The notes beneath the pieces are model-generated. The model was not told the DNA's origin, did no database searches, and saw only the letters and a list, made by a program, of their open reading frames with translations. Made by a program: the position numbers and the translations under genes. A stretch of DNA of 63,593 nucleotides, filler included, from Octopus bimaculoides (lineage: Eukaryota): NCBI RefSeq assembly GCF_001194135.2. It is 5 parts of 5 records of this genome, joined end to end, with 100 filler letters (N's around TTAATTAATTAA, not from the genome) between each part and the next. Parts side by side here need not be neighbours in the genome. Positions count along the whole stretch, not along the records: positions 1 to 18,878 come from NC_068985.1; positions 18,979 to 46,660 come from NC_068996.1; 3 more parts are not named here. One strand, 5' to 3'. Shown piece after piece: positions 13,327 to 26,395 of the stretch; the stretch's first letter is position 1, and the number at the start of each line of letters is the position of its first letter.

Positions 13327-13454
<128 letters not shown>

Positions 13455-13687
13455 GCAAGTTGAATTTAGTGCGAGTAGTATGCGAAATGAGCGAATGGAG
13501 ACCAAGCAAAGAATGTGAGAAACGTTGTAGAGTGGAGTAAAAGTGTGTAACAGGATTTATCAAGCGAAGGCTAACAGATGAGCTCTGCTTCTGATGGCTG
13601 GCGTACTATGCAGGAGAAATGGTCGTTAAGAAGTTAATCAATCTAGGAGGAAGGTTAGAAGGAGGGAGAAAAGACTGGAGCAGCAGT

Positions 13688-13727
<40 letters not shown>

Positions 13728-14148
13728 AATATGATAACCATGCCAGTAACAGTAACAATAACAACTGACGTGTATAAATAATTCAGGGGGCTATCAACTA
13801 AACATCCAATTAGCTAACAAACGAAGGAGTCCATCAAAAAACCTCAATACTGATTGGTTCTCAAATAGATACATACATATACACACGCATATATATACAC
13901 ATATATATGCATATATATATATAGACATATATACACACACATATACATACACACATATATATACATATACATACACACACACATATATATATATATATAT
14001 AAATACATATATATATACACATACATACATATACATATATGTAAATATATGTACGTATCTAACTATATGTTAGTATGTATATATGTACCTATATATGTGT
14101 GCGCGCATTTTAGCGTATATATATATATATATATATACGCTAAAACGC

Positions 14149-14204
<56 letters not shown>

Positions 14205-14278
14205 ATGTGGTTAATTAGAGACAAATTATTGTTTATAGATGAAAGCAGTTGAGAGGTTGAGAGAGGGAAAATGAGAGT

Positions 14279-14325
<47 letters not shown>

Positions 14326-15027
14326 ATGAAGGAAAAAAACAGGGGAAAGAAAGAGAGAAAGGAAGGGAATAGAAAACAAATCAAAAAGAAAGAAAAACTA
14401 AGAAGCTCTCAGAATAATAAATAACTTAAATGATTCTGCGATTTTGACGGATAATGGCAATAATCTTCGTCGGCTGTCACAGAGAATTATGAGAAATGTG
14501 TGCGAGGTAGGAAGGGTAGGAGTGTATTTATGTGTGTATGTCTGGGTACGCGTATACGCGTGTGCGTGTGATGCGTACGCAGCATAGTGCAGCGTATATG
14601 TGCTTGGTGCATTTGTGTGTTTGTGTATTTGTGTTTGTGTATTTGTGTGCTTGCGTATCTCCGTATGTGTAGTAGAGGAATGTATGAGCTGTCAGAAACG
14701 ATTATTTGAGAACTGAAGACAGACTTCACATGGAATCGAAACCAATCATCATTTTTCAAAACACTGTTTTAGCTGTCACAGACCAATTTTGCAGAAACAA
14801 AACTGGAAGAAATACGTGGATCCGAATCTAATTTTCGGTTAAGCTTCTGGAATAATGAATAAAGAAATAAGTAAACAAATAAATAAGTAAATAATAACTC
14901 TATAATCACATCCTCCAATCTTATATACAATATGTATGACTGAAAAACACGATGGTCACGACTAGAATGCTTTTGATCTCAGAGAATGTAGATCAGAGCT
15001 GACTTGCAAAAGTATAAAAGCCTCCAA

Positions 15028-15101
<74 letters not shown>

Positions 15102-15121
15102 TGAATATGCACATAAATACA

Positions 15122-15467
15122 TGTATGGCTTAGTGGTTAGTGCGTCGAACTTACGATCGTGAGGTTTTGAGTTCGATTCCCAAAACGGGTTGTGTGTTGT
15201 GTTCTTGAGAAAGACACTTTATTTCACGTTGCTCCATTTTCACTCAGCTGTGGAAACGAGTTGCAACATCACTGGTGCCAAGCTGTATCGGCCCCTTTGC
15301 CTTTCCCTTGGATAACACTGGTGGCGTGGAGAAGGGAGGCCGGTATGCATGGGTGACTGATGATCTTCCATTTCCATAAACGACCTTGCCCCCGGACTTG
15401 TGCCTCGGAGGGGAACTTTCTAGGTCCAGTTCCAAGGTCATTCGTGACCGAAGTGGGGGGGGGGTGT
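15122..15467 (+). mobile_element. tRNA-derived SINE, family C
   Basis: TGGCTTAGTGGTTAG A-box, GAGTTCGATTCC B-box, TTGAGAAAGACACTTTATTTCAC..CTCAGCTGT central domain; related fragments near 15860 and 28170. Confidence 0.75.
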
Positions 15468-15519
15468 CTTTTCTCCTTACTTCTCTGTATACACATATAT
15501 ATACATATATTTAGAGACA

Positions 15520-15729
15520 TTTATAAACATAATTAAGGGATCAGCAAACATTTGCTTCACCACATACCGAAGTTTGCTGATCCCTTAATTATGTTTATAA
15601 ATGTATAAGAACTTTTAAATAAGTTCTCCACCGATAATGGTGTTTACATACCGAAGGGCTTGGTAAAAATTATTAATTGTTGATTTATTAATAAATTAAT
15701 AAATTGATAAACCTTTACCCTTTTAATTG
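15520..15729. mobile_element. short insertion with 14-bp target-site duplication and a perfect internal 33-bp inverted repeat (Penelope-like terminus?)
   Basis: TATATTTAGAGACA at 15506-15519 and 15730-15743; arms at 15517-15549 and 15572-15604. Confidence 0.65.
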
Positions 15730-15782
15730 TATATTTAGAGACAGATAGATGATAGACAGATAGATAGACATGCATGTTTGTA

Positions 15783-15813
<31 letters not shown>

Positions 15814-16563
15814 ATGTATGTGTATCTATAAGTATATATAATTTTGTGTAAGAGTTTGAGCATGAAGCCGCCTGGCCTAGTAGTTAGCGGTTGGTTAATT
15901 CGAAATCGCTTGATTGTAGTTTCGATTTCTCGTCCAGATGGTGCGTTTCGTTGTGCTGGTGTGCAAAACACTTTATTTCGCCTTGCACCAGTCTATTCAG
16001 CTATTAATGTTTTCTGGCAATAGCTAGGAAGTTGGCCTTCCGACGGGAACTTTTTCGGTTGTTGTACTTTTTGTTTCAGATTTGGTATACCGATTTAGTG
16101 TTGTACGCTAATTACGAAAATGAAATTCATTTTTGCCATAAATTAATAAATAAAAAATTAATAGCTTTTAAAGTTGAAAATTTTGGGCAATTTTCGCAAA
16201 TCGAAAGCCACCATGGTACACATAACCATATATCTCACAGTGGTATCTCATTCCATAGTAACAATCAACCCTGTTGTCTGCCGTTAGAAGGGTGCTGTAC
16301 GTGTACGACTGTAACACCTTCACCACCGCAACCGCTGCCGTAAATTTTGACTAGTGGTATCATTTTGTGCCTGTGTATTTCTGGACTTTAAATTTTTGTA
16401 ACTCATTTTGACATAGGGCTTTTATATATTATTTTCTTCTTCTGGGGCTAATATTTTTGTACCTCATTTTCATTATTTTGACCTGCATTTTCCTGGATCT
16501 TTTCGACTACATCTCATCTCTTAATCTACTTACAGTACGATTGCAATAAAATAATTTCGGCTT

Positions 16564-17035
16564 TTGTGTGTGATAGAGAAAGTGAAGATTGAGGAGGATG
16601 CAGCTTTTTTACTTTCAAAAGAAGGATGTCATACTAAGAACAAGTTGTGTAAAGAGAGACTCTTTATGAAGATGTTTTGGCGGTGCTCCCGAAAAGAACG
16701 CAACAAGTGTGTGTCTCTCCGAAAATGTATATGGCTGGAAGGTAGCACCCTTCCTCTTAGGAGTGTACTTCTTTCCTTATACTCTTGGGTCAAGGATCTA
16801 ACTTTAGTCCGTTTTTTTGTTGAAGAACTGGGTACGAATCATTGCATAGCTGTTGATTATAACAGATTTGTTCGTGAGATATTTGCGGAGGGTCTGCTCT
16901 CCAGCCAGTTCACATAGGTGGTACTGGGGATATTGTTGAGATACACGAAATATTATTCATAAGGCGTAAAATACAAGCGAAAAAGGATACTGAGTTTTGG
17001 GTTCCCTTACGCTGTGCTATGCAGGAAACGTGACG
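16564..17035 (+). mobile_element. Merlin/IS1016-like transposase remnant
   Basis: WRCSRKERNKCVSLRK..WLEGSTLPL..L.SLYSW..ELG....VDYNRFVREI, then after a frameshift GGTGDIVEIHE..IRRK..WV, matching the Merlin IGGPG.IVEIDE.F.KRKY..WVFG motif. Confidence 0.8.
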
Positions 17036-17043
17036 TTCTAGAA

Positions 17044-18720
17044 CAGGGATGTCCAACCCGCGGCCCGTGGACCACATTGTGGCCCACTTAATATTTTCAT
17101 GAGGCCCAATGGCGATTCAAATTCTATTTCTATTTGTTATTTTCTAGTTATATTTTCATTTACTTTGATAATGTATGATGAGAAAATTGTTCTCGGAGAG
17201 TGCTATTTTGAACGGACCTATAAAAACATTAATAGAGGGATGTAAAATGAGGGAGGCCATGGGATTCATGACTTCGAATAGCTGACTCTACGTCGTAGAG
17301 TCAGCCATTTTGTTGATGCATAATAACAGCCGTTGTTTCAGTTTCAAATCTTTTGCGGTCGAATCAATATTGATTGTGTTATCTCCTAACCTTGTTTATA
17401 AAGTCAAGCGATAGTGACTTCAGTGTTACTTCAGTGTTTCTAGTCTAGGCTAAGCTTAATGTTAATGTTTTATGCGGAAGAGCCTATTTGTTTCTGATTT
17501 TTGGATTATTAATAGCAGCATGATTACGTAATAATTTCAACTGTTAATTTTGATAGCTCATTATTTGGCTATGGCATCTGATACCTAAGAAGAGGAAAAT
17601 AACAGAAGAAAAGAGAAAATTCAGTATCATATGGACAGAAAAATATTTCGTAATTGAAACATGCAATAATATTATCTGCCTCGTATGTAATGATAAAATT
17701 GCTGTATGCAAGGAATATAATATTGTCACTATGCTGCCAAACATGAGTCACAATATAATGAATTATACGGAGAAAGAAGGAAAATAAAAATAGATGAATT
17801 GAAGAAGAAGCTTAATTCACAACAAAACAATTTCAAAAACATGATGGGAAAACTGGTACATGTACAAAAGTTTATTATTTTATAGCTGGAAAATTGGCTC
17901 AGAAGAGTAAGCCACTGATGGTTGGCGAATTAATAGAAGAATGTGTTGTAATTGCTTTTAATGAATCTTGCCCCGAGAAGGTGAACTTATTCAACGAAAT
18001 AAGTCTGTCGCATCAGACGATTGGTAGAATCGATGATTTAGCTGACAGCATTATGGGTATATTGCAGACTCAATTATCTAAATGTGTTCATTACAGTTTA
18101 GCATTAGACATATGTACTGATCAAAGTGACACTGCACAATTGGTTATTTTCATTAGAGGAATTGATGTCAATTTTAATATCATTGAAGGAATGTTGGGTG
18201 TATGTCATATGAAGGGTACAACAACTGGCAGGAACATGACTGAGCATGTTAATTTATCATTAGAAAAGTTCAATGTTGATAGAAATAAAATTAATTCGAT
18301 TGCAACTCATGCTGCCACTGTATTAACTGGTAAAAATAATGGGTTTATTACTTTATTCAAAGAAATGGTTGATCATGATATACTTAGCTATCATTGCTTG
18401 ATTCATCAACAGCAATTATGTGCTCAAAAATTAAATATGAAACAGTTGATAACAGATATTGTGAACGTTGTTAATTTTATCAGATCTTGGTGTTTGGACC
18501 ATCGTACATTCAGAGCATACTTGGTAGAAGTTGGCAGTGAGTATAAAGACGTTATTTATTTCTCAAAAATCAGATGACTCAGACAAACCGCAACTTTGAA
18601 TATATTTCAATTATTGTTGCCTGAAATAAAATTATTGTTGCATGCAAAACAAAATGCAGAATGTGGATATTTTAGCAAATGAAGAATGGTTGAATGATCT
18701 GTCCTTCTTAGTAGGTATCA
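17044..18720 (+). mobile_element. hAT (Charlie/SPIN-type) transposon, decayed, right end missing
   Basis: CAGGGATGTCCAACCCGCGGCCCG left TIR preceded by TTCTAGAA; frameshifted BED-like finger (KRKITEEKRKF..WTEKYF..ICLVC..HYAAKH); ORF 17894-18577 with YSLALD..TD.SDTAQL.IFIRG, GTTTG, YHCLIHQQQLCA, VVNFIRS. Confidence 0.9.
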
Positions 18721-18845
18721 AGGTTGAATATGGTACTTATGCGTAGGCACCCGAATATCGTATCCCAAAAGGATAGGTGATCAAAATCAAAAAATAAGCA
18801 ACACGGATTTCAAAGGTGATTGCAGTACGCACGTTTCATGCTACT

Positions 18846-18878
<33 letters not shown>

Positions 18879-18978
18879 NNNNNNNNNNNNNNNNNNNNNN
18901 NNNNNNNNNNNNNNNNNNNNNNTTAATTAATTAANNNNNNNNNNNNNNNNNNNNNNNNNNNNNNNNNNNNNNNNNNNN
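18879..18978. other. artificial scaffold-join spacer (44 N + TTAATTAATTAA + 44 N)
   Basis: Identical 100-nt structure at four places; the 12-mer has stops in all six frames. Confidence 0.9.
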
Positions 18979-20559
18979 TGTAGAAACTCTGCCAAATTAG
19001 ATTGGAGCCTGGTGTTGCCATCCGGTTTCACCAGTCCTCAGTCAAATCGTCCAACCCATGCTAGCATGGAAAGCGGACGTTAAACGATGATGATGATGAT
19101 ATATACGACAGGCTTCTTTCAGTTTCCATCTCCCAAGTCCTCTCACAAGGCTTCAGTCAACCCAAGGCAATAGTAGAAGACACTTATCCAAAGTGCCACG
19201 CAGTAGGATTGAACCTGGACCCATGTGGTTGGGAAGCAAGCTCCTTAGCACACAGCCACTCCTGCTACTGTATATATAAATGTTCTCCTTTATCACCCTT
19301 GAAAATAATTTAATATACATATATGTATATACATACAAATACACATACACAAAAAAAACAAAAAATGAGCATATACATACATGTGCACACACACACACAT
19401 ACATAATTACAAGTACTGACATTTACACACACAAAGTACAGGCACAATTATGTACACACACATATGCAAGAATATAAACATGCATGTAAACATTAATATA
19501 GACATGCATGTATGTGAATATATTAGCATTGTAATTCTTCTATATAGAAAGCCATAAACACCCCCACTTCACCCAATCCACAAACAACTTCGCGCCGCTG
19601 CCGTCGCCACCACCACCACCACCACCACCACGCACACTCATTCCTATTGAATCATCAAAAGTATCAAGTTGGCACAAATCTCTTACAAAGCACTTCCTAC
19701 TCACCCACCCACTCACCCATTCCCCCAAATTTTAAATCCTTCACATATTTCTGGGGGGGGGGAGGAAGTGGGGGTGACATTTTGTGTCGGAATTTGGGGG
19801 TCGTAGTCGGGGGTTAGTTGGGTTTGGTGTAGAAGTAAAGAGTCTGGGGATTAGATTATTTTGTTTATTGGTGCCAACGAGGAAGAAATTTTGATTCTCA
19901 AGGGTTTATTCACAGATTTACATTTATGTATTCAGATATTGCTGCTGCTGCTGCTGCTGCTACCACCATAACTCTTACAGTCCCTATACTACTGCTTACT
20001 ACCACCACCACAACTATTGCAGCCACCACCTATAATACAATGGCATAAACTTCAGCTATGACTGTACTACCACTACAACCATCATAACCACCGTTTCAGC
20101 TACAACAAAGAAAACTACAACTACCTAACCACAACAACAACAAGCACCACCACCACCATTACTACTACCATTTTCATTACAACCACCACCACCACCATTA
20201 CTACTACCATTTTCACTACAACCATCATCACAACCACTGCTACTACTACCACAGGTACTACAACTACTACTATCACAGTTAGTACTACTACCACTGCTGC
20301 TCTTGCTGCTGCTGCTACTACTACTACTACTACTACTACTAATATTGTAATTAACTTTGTATGCAGTCCATGTAATGTGACTGGTGATAGAAAAGGAGGG
20401 GGGGGGGCATTAATCTGTAAATCCCTTGCCAAAAAAAAATAAAATAAAAAACAGAAGGAACAAACAGAAGTGGGTACCCTGTAAAGGTAGAGTACAGGCA
20501 ACCCATCAAGAAGACAATGCCTAATAAAAATTGATGCAGAGTAGAGAAAACTGTGTAGT

Positions 20560-21100
20560 TCAGCTGCTAACAACCTGTCTTATGTCCGTGGTTTGATAAA
20601 ATGGCCTCGGTCCTTGCTCTAAAGGGGTTGCTGACAGGAAGGGCCATCTAGTCAGGAAAACAAGGTCCTCACCATCACCAGATAAAATAAGTAGTGAACA
20701 TATCATGTATAACAATGGTGATTGCATACTACATAGGCCCTTGGGCATATTTCGATGTTGTTGATGGGACAATTAGTCAGTGTGCACCCCATGGTGTTAC
20801 CTGTGGTATTATTCCTTGACAGAAATTTCCTGAGGGATAGACCAGTGTGCACCATCTGTATGTTAAGTCTCTCCCTATGGATTGCAAGGGCAATTGGAGG
20901 AAGCACATTTCATACTTGGGATTATGGGCTTTGATGCTTTGTAAATATTATTGTTTGGCTACAGATGATAGACAGCCATTGTGTGCTAAGTTCTTGAGGA
21001 ACTATTTATTGCTGATAGACTTATCAGTCATGTTGCTGCATGTTTCTTATGCATGTGATTTCATTTCGCTTGCATGCAGCTTTGGCTCTGGTGAGCAGGA
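20560..21100 (-). mobile_element. possible decayed Penelope-like (GIY-YIG region) remnant
   Basis: GCTLTNCPINNIEICPRAYVV..C resembles the Cys-rich linker and VVY motif preceding PLE GIY-YIG domains; heavily disrupted. Confidence 0.3.
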
Positions 21101-21647
21101 CTGACTCATAGTGCATGAACAGGTCCCTACCTGCTTTCCTGTAAAAACTAGTATACTAACACATATAGCACAGACACTGTTAAAGCACCACAAATTTCTG
21201 GATATTTTTTAAAACCTTTGAAACGACATGGGACAGGTGGAATATTTAAGCCAAACTGAAGACATTATTGAATTTCTATCAACATTAAAACATTCTTCTC
21301 TTACATGTCTCCACACATTATATACCATGCTCTGTGAACTGATACAAATTCAAATTAAAACCTATATGTATATATATATATATATATACATGTGTGTGTG
21401 TGTGTGGATATTTAAGTGTTGGGTATGTTCCTAGCAGAAAGCAGATGAAGCATGTTCACTGCTTGTGGCTACCTGACATCATCCATGGTATTTACACAAT
21501 AGTCACTGGATCAACCTCAAGAATTCCGCAGTGTATGTTGTGTATAATACAATTGATAGAGATGGAGAATGGAATATATGAGAGACTTTATAAAGTTTCT
21601 CATGTATTCCATTTTCTCTCTCAATCATTTGTTTATATATATATATA

Positions 21648-21675
21648 CTAGCAGAGGCACCCGGCGTTGTTCGGG
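21648..21675 (-). mobile_element. Helitron-like 3' end
   Basis: Minus strand CCCG-AACAACGC-CGGG hairpin, 8 nt, then CTAG followed by T. Confidence 0.55.
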
Positions 21676-22623
21676 AATGAAATTGTTGCTTATATACTTG
21701 AAGAAAAAAAGGCAAAATATGCTGTATAGAAATTTGAGGACATTCTGTAGATGGACTCTCAGATGAATGATGGCTGGGCGCCTCTCATGAATGGGGAAAA
21801 TTGAAGATGTGCCAAAAAGCNNNNNNNNNNNNNNNNNNNNNNNNNNNNNNNNNNNNNNNNNNNNNNNNNNNNNNNNNNNNNNNNNNNNNNNNNNNNNNNN
21901 NNNNNNNNNNNNNNNNNNNNNNNNNNNNNNNNNNNNNNNNNNNNNNNNNNNNNNNNNNNNNNNNNNNNNNNNNNNNNNNNNNNNNNNNNNNNNNNNNNNN
22001 NNNNNNNNNNNNNNNNNNNNNNNNNNNNNNNNNNNNNNNNNNNNNNNNNNNNNNNNNNNNNNNNNNNNNNNNNNNNNNNNNNNNNNNNNNNNNNNNNNNN
22101 NNNNNNNNNNNNNNNNNNNNNNNNNNNNNNNNNNNNNNNNNNNNNNNNNNNNNNNNNNNNNNNNNNNNNNNNNNNNNNNNNNNNNNNNNNNNNNNNNNNN
22201 NNNNNNNNNNNNNNNNNNNNNNNNNNNNNNNNNNNNNNNNNNNNNNNNNNNNNNNNNNNNNNNNNNNNNNNNNNNNNNNNNNNNNNNNNNNNNNNNNNNN
22301 NNNNNNNNNNNNNNNNNNNNNNNNNNNNNNNNNNNNNNNNNNNNNNNNNNNNNNNNNNNNNNNNNNNNNNNNNNNNNNNNNNNNNNNNNNNNNNNNNNNN
22401 NNNNNNNNNNNNNNNNNNNNNNNNNNNNNNNNNNNNNNNNNNNNNNNNNNNNNNNNNNNNNNNNNNNNNNNNNNNNNNNNNNNNNNNNNNNNNNNNNNNN
22501 NNNNNNNNNNNNNNNNNNNNNNNNNNNNNNNNNNNNNNNNNNNNNNNNNNNNNNNNNNNNNNNNNNNNNNNNNNNNNNNNNNNNNNNNNNNNNNNNNNNN
22601 NNNNNNNNNNNNNNNNNNNNNNN

Positions 22624-22673
<50 letters not shown>

Positions 22674-22974
22674 TATAAGGACCTGGGAGGGTAGAAGGAT
22701 GGTGTATTTATAATGCACCACTTACCCTGAGCTTTTGGCTATCTACTCTGTTGGATTACATGTACCACTTTAATGTTTAAAACTGCGAATATTACATATA
22801 TTTTACACTTTGAAATTTTGCATGAATTGATGTTGAAAGCAGAGTCGGTACAGAAACAATTGTAACTAATTATTAAAGATGTGTTAAAGTCTTTCTTTGT
22901 TTCCTTATTTGGATTTTATAAATGTGTGCATGTGTGCGTGTGTGTGCGCTCATGCACACATGTGTATTTCTATA

Positions 22975-22977
<3 letters not shown>

Positions 22978-23006
<29 letters not shown>

Positions 23007-23440
23007 GTTTAACGTCCGCTTTCCATACTAGCATGGGTTGGACGATTTGACTGAGGATTGGTGAAACCCGATGGCTACACCAGGCTCCAATCTGATTTGG
23101 CAGAGTTTCTACAGCTGGATGCCCTTCCAAACACCAACCACTCTAGAAGTGTAGTGGGTGCTTTTACGTGTCACCGGCACGAGGGCCAGTCAGGCGGTAC
23201 TGGCAACGGCCACACTCAAAATGTTGTATTTTATGTGCCACCTGCACAAGAGCCACTCCAGGGGCACTGGCAACGATCTCGNNNNNNNNNNATTTTATGT
23301 GCCACCCGCACAAGAGCCACTCCAGGGGCACTGGCAACGATCTCGCTCGAAAGTCCTTACACATGCTGCGGGCACAAGTGCCAGAAAGGCGACGCTGGGC
23401 ACAGGTGCCATCACGATTTCACTTGCTCCAACAGGTCTTC
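22978..23440 (-). mobile_element. RTE-tailed SINE-like element, family D, (GAT)n tail
   Basis: ...CCAACCCATGCTAGTATGGAAAGCGGACGTTAAACGATGATGATG tail; internal GGCACTGGCAACG subrepeats; copies at 18979, 27518, 31985, 49440, 50700, 54780. Confidence 0.8.
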
Positions 23441-23766
23441 GCAAGCTGGTCTTCTCAAATATGGAAACACAAACACAACTTCCCAACCAAAAGGTTTGGG
23501 ATTCAATTCCAGTGCTTGGAAATTTGGGCAAGTGTGTTCGTATGTGCATATGTGTATATGAGAGAGATCAAGTATGTGTGATAGAGAGTGAGATAGTGTG
23601 TGTATGTGTGCATAAGAGAGAGAGAGAGAGAAAGAGAGTGAGAGGAAGAGAGAGGGAGAGAGAGCGAGATAATGTATGTGTTTGTATGTAAAGGGAAATT
23701 TGCAATTTAAAACCATACTGCCAGTTCCATAGAACCTATGAACTATCAATGGACATTTAAACCTAC

Positions 23767-23874
23767 CTGTTCTCCCTGTCCTTGACCATCTTTAATGCAA
23801 GACTCCAACTGGAACCGTTCATTAGGTCCTCGGAACCGAGTATCAAGACATAAATTGCTAGCTTTGCTGCGAAT
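23767..23874 (-). CDS. GALNT10: GALNT10-like exon, ricin-B lectin alpha subdomain (IRSKASNLCLDTRFRGPNERFQLESCIKDGQGQGEQ)
   Basis: TTTACAG acceptor, GTAGGT donor, 108 nt, phase 0-0, in frame with the upstream exon; corresponds to EIRNVGTGLCADT of vertebrate GALNT10. Confidence 0.9.
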
Positions 23875-23948
23875 CTGTAAACATAAAACAAAATTATATT
23901 TTCAACTTAGAGCATCATTTTCCACACACTCTCTCACTCTCTATCTCT

Positions 23949-23988
<40 letters not shown>

Positions 23989-24573
23989 AATATATTTAGA
24001 TGGTCACAGTTGGAATGCGTCTGCTTATTCCCAGGAAAGTTCTGACTAAACAACAGACTCCAGGCAATATTTTTGTATTCTAAAACGAAGGGAAGTTAAA
24101 TCTGAATGAGTCATTGCAATAGCATTGACATCTCAGCGCTACCGTGACAACCAGCATTATTCTTTCTTTAAGCATGGATTTGAAAGCTGAGTCATCAGAA
24201 AGGAGTTCCAATGAGATGGAAGTGTTGCTGAAGAGGTCACAGATGTGTGACAAAAGATTTCCAGACAATGGACACAAGATAAAATAAGAACAATAATAGA
24301 CATATGAAGAACAAATATATAGTGCATGTGTTTATTTGGCAAGAAAAAAATATGACAATCCTGAAATATAACAATATTTGAATTATCCACAACATTAATA
24401 TGATTTTAAAATTCGATGTAGAACAATCCAGAGGGAAACAGTTATCACTAGCTAAATATACTCACAAGTCTTCGACCTGTAACTAATTTGATAAGTGCCA
24501 ATGCATAAAACTCTTGGACCTGTTAAATATTTATATATATACACACACATACATACATACATATAGATACTCT

Positions 24574-24776
24574 TTTTTTACTCTCTTTGAGCTTGTTTCA
24601 GTCATTTGACTGTGGCCATGCTGGAGCACCGCCTTTAGTTGAGCAAATCGACCCCAGGACTTATTCTTTGTAAGCCTAGTACTTATTCTATCATTCTCTT
24701 TTGCCGAAACGCTAAGTTACGGGGACGTAAACACACCAGCATAGGTTGTCATGCGAATCTGGGGAGACAAACACAG

Positions 24777-24841
<65 letters not shown>

Positions 24842-24998
24842 CGACAGGCTTCTTTCAGTTTCCGTCTACCAAATCCACTCACAAGGCTTTGGTCGGCCCG
24901 AAGCTATAGTAGAAGACACTTGCCCAAGATGCCGCGCAGTGGGACTGAACCCGGAACCAAGTGGTTGGTAAGCAAACTACTTACCACACAGCCACTCC
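24574..24998 (-). mobile_element. SINE family A
   Basis: Full-length reverse copy. Confidence 0.85.
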
Positions 24999-25226
24999 TA
25001 ATCATTTTATTATAATGAACTTTGAACTTTCACTGGTAGTAGGCCTTGTCAGTTAATTCTTTCAGTTTGTATGCTTATAAATACCCCCTTGAACTAACAT
25101 TAACTAGACATTCATACACATAGTGTGGAAAATTGGAAGTTTAGATGGTCAAGTCCGAATGTTCCCAGACAACAAAGATTAACTCACCAGCCTTAGCAAG
25201 GCCTTCTCTTCCAGAGTGATCCATTA

Positions 25227-25615
25227 GAGTGGCTGTGTGGTAAGTAGCTTACTTACCAACCACAGGGTTCCGGGTTCAGTCCCACTGCGTGGCACCTTGG
25301 GCAAGTGTCTTCTACTATAGCCTCGGGCCGACCAAAGCCTTGTGAGTGGATTTGGTAGACGGAAACTGAAAGAAGCCCGTCGTATATATATATATATGTA
25401 TGTGTGTTTGTCCCTCCACCATCGCTTGACAACCGATGCTGGTGTGTTTACGTCCCCGTCACTTAGCGGTTCGGCAAAAAAGAAACCGATAGAATAAGTA
25501 CTAGGCTTACAAAGAATAAGTCCCGGGGTCGATTTGCTTGACTAAAAAGGTGGTGCTCCAGCATGGCCACAGTCAAATGACTGAAACAAGTAAAAGAGTA
25601 AAAGAGTAAAGAGAG
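25227..25615 (+). mobile_element. SINE family A
   Basis: Full head to (GTAAAAGA)n tail, ending about 40 nt from the GALNT donor site. Confidence 0.85.
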
Positions 25616-25656
25616 AATTAAACAAAAAAATGATAGACACAACAAAGAATACACAC

Positions 25657-25878
25657 CTCTCCATCAGCGACATTCGGTGGTTCTACAGGTGGATAAAACT
25701 TTGGTATATCATATGCCACTTCTTTCATGAACCAGCTGAAAGGTTTGCAATTTAACCGCTTTCTGATATCCAGCTGTGCACTTATATCACCTGGGTTAAT
25801 ATCTCTGTAGTGCGGTCGCCGAAGATATATATATTCTTTATATTCATCCATCCATACTTCTGCAACTCTGCGATAATT
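25657..25878 (-). CDS. GALNT10: GALNT10-like exon ([16 protein letters not shown]...[14 protein letters not shown])
   Basis: TTTGAAG acceptor, GTGTGT donor, 222 nt, phase 0-0; [10 protein letters not shown] and LNCK.F.WF motifs of GalNAc-Ts. Confidence 0.95.
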
Positions 25879-26359
25879 CTTCAAAGGAAAAAGCAAATGA
25901 ATAAATAAATAAATAGACACGATAAAAACAAAATGTAAGTGAAAGGATGTTGAAGATAAATAATTTAATTTGTTTTAATTACGAGATTATATCGTTCTAA
26001 ATTGTCTTGTAAACTTTTCTTTCTTTACACCTGTGTAACTTTGTTAATAGAAGCCACATGTTAACAAAGACCACATGTCAGCAGGCTATAGTGTTAGTAG
26101 AGAGAGACCACATGTTGGTAATATCTGGAAGTCAAATGAGAACCAAATGTGGAGCTGCGTGAGTATTGCAAGCTAATATACACACACATAGAGAAACACT
26201 AATGTACACATGTGTATGAGTGTAAGAAAGAGAGAGAGAGAACAAGAGAGAGAGTGTCTGAGAGAATGAGTGTGTGCATGTGTAAGAAAGTGAATGAATA
26301 TACATGTGTGAGAAACAGTATGCATGCAAGAGAAAGAGAAAATGCATGTAAGAGGGACA

Positions 26360-26395
<36 letters not shown>

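Noticed and set aside
20340-20480. YHQSHYMDC and SPVTL resembling GALNT lectin motifs
   Set aside because: They are in different frames, lie in low-complexity flanks and lack a consistent exon structure.
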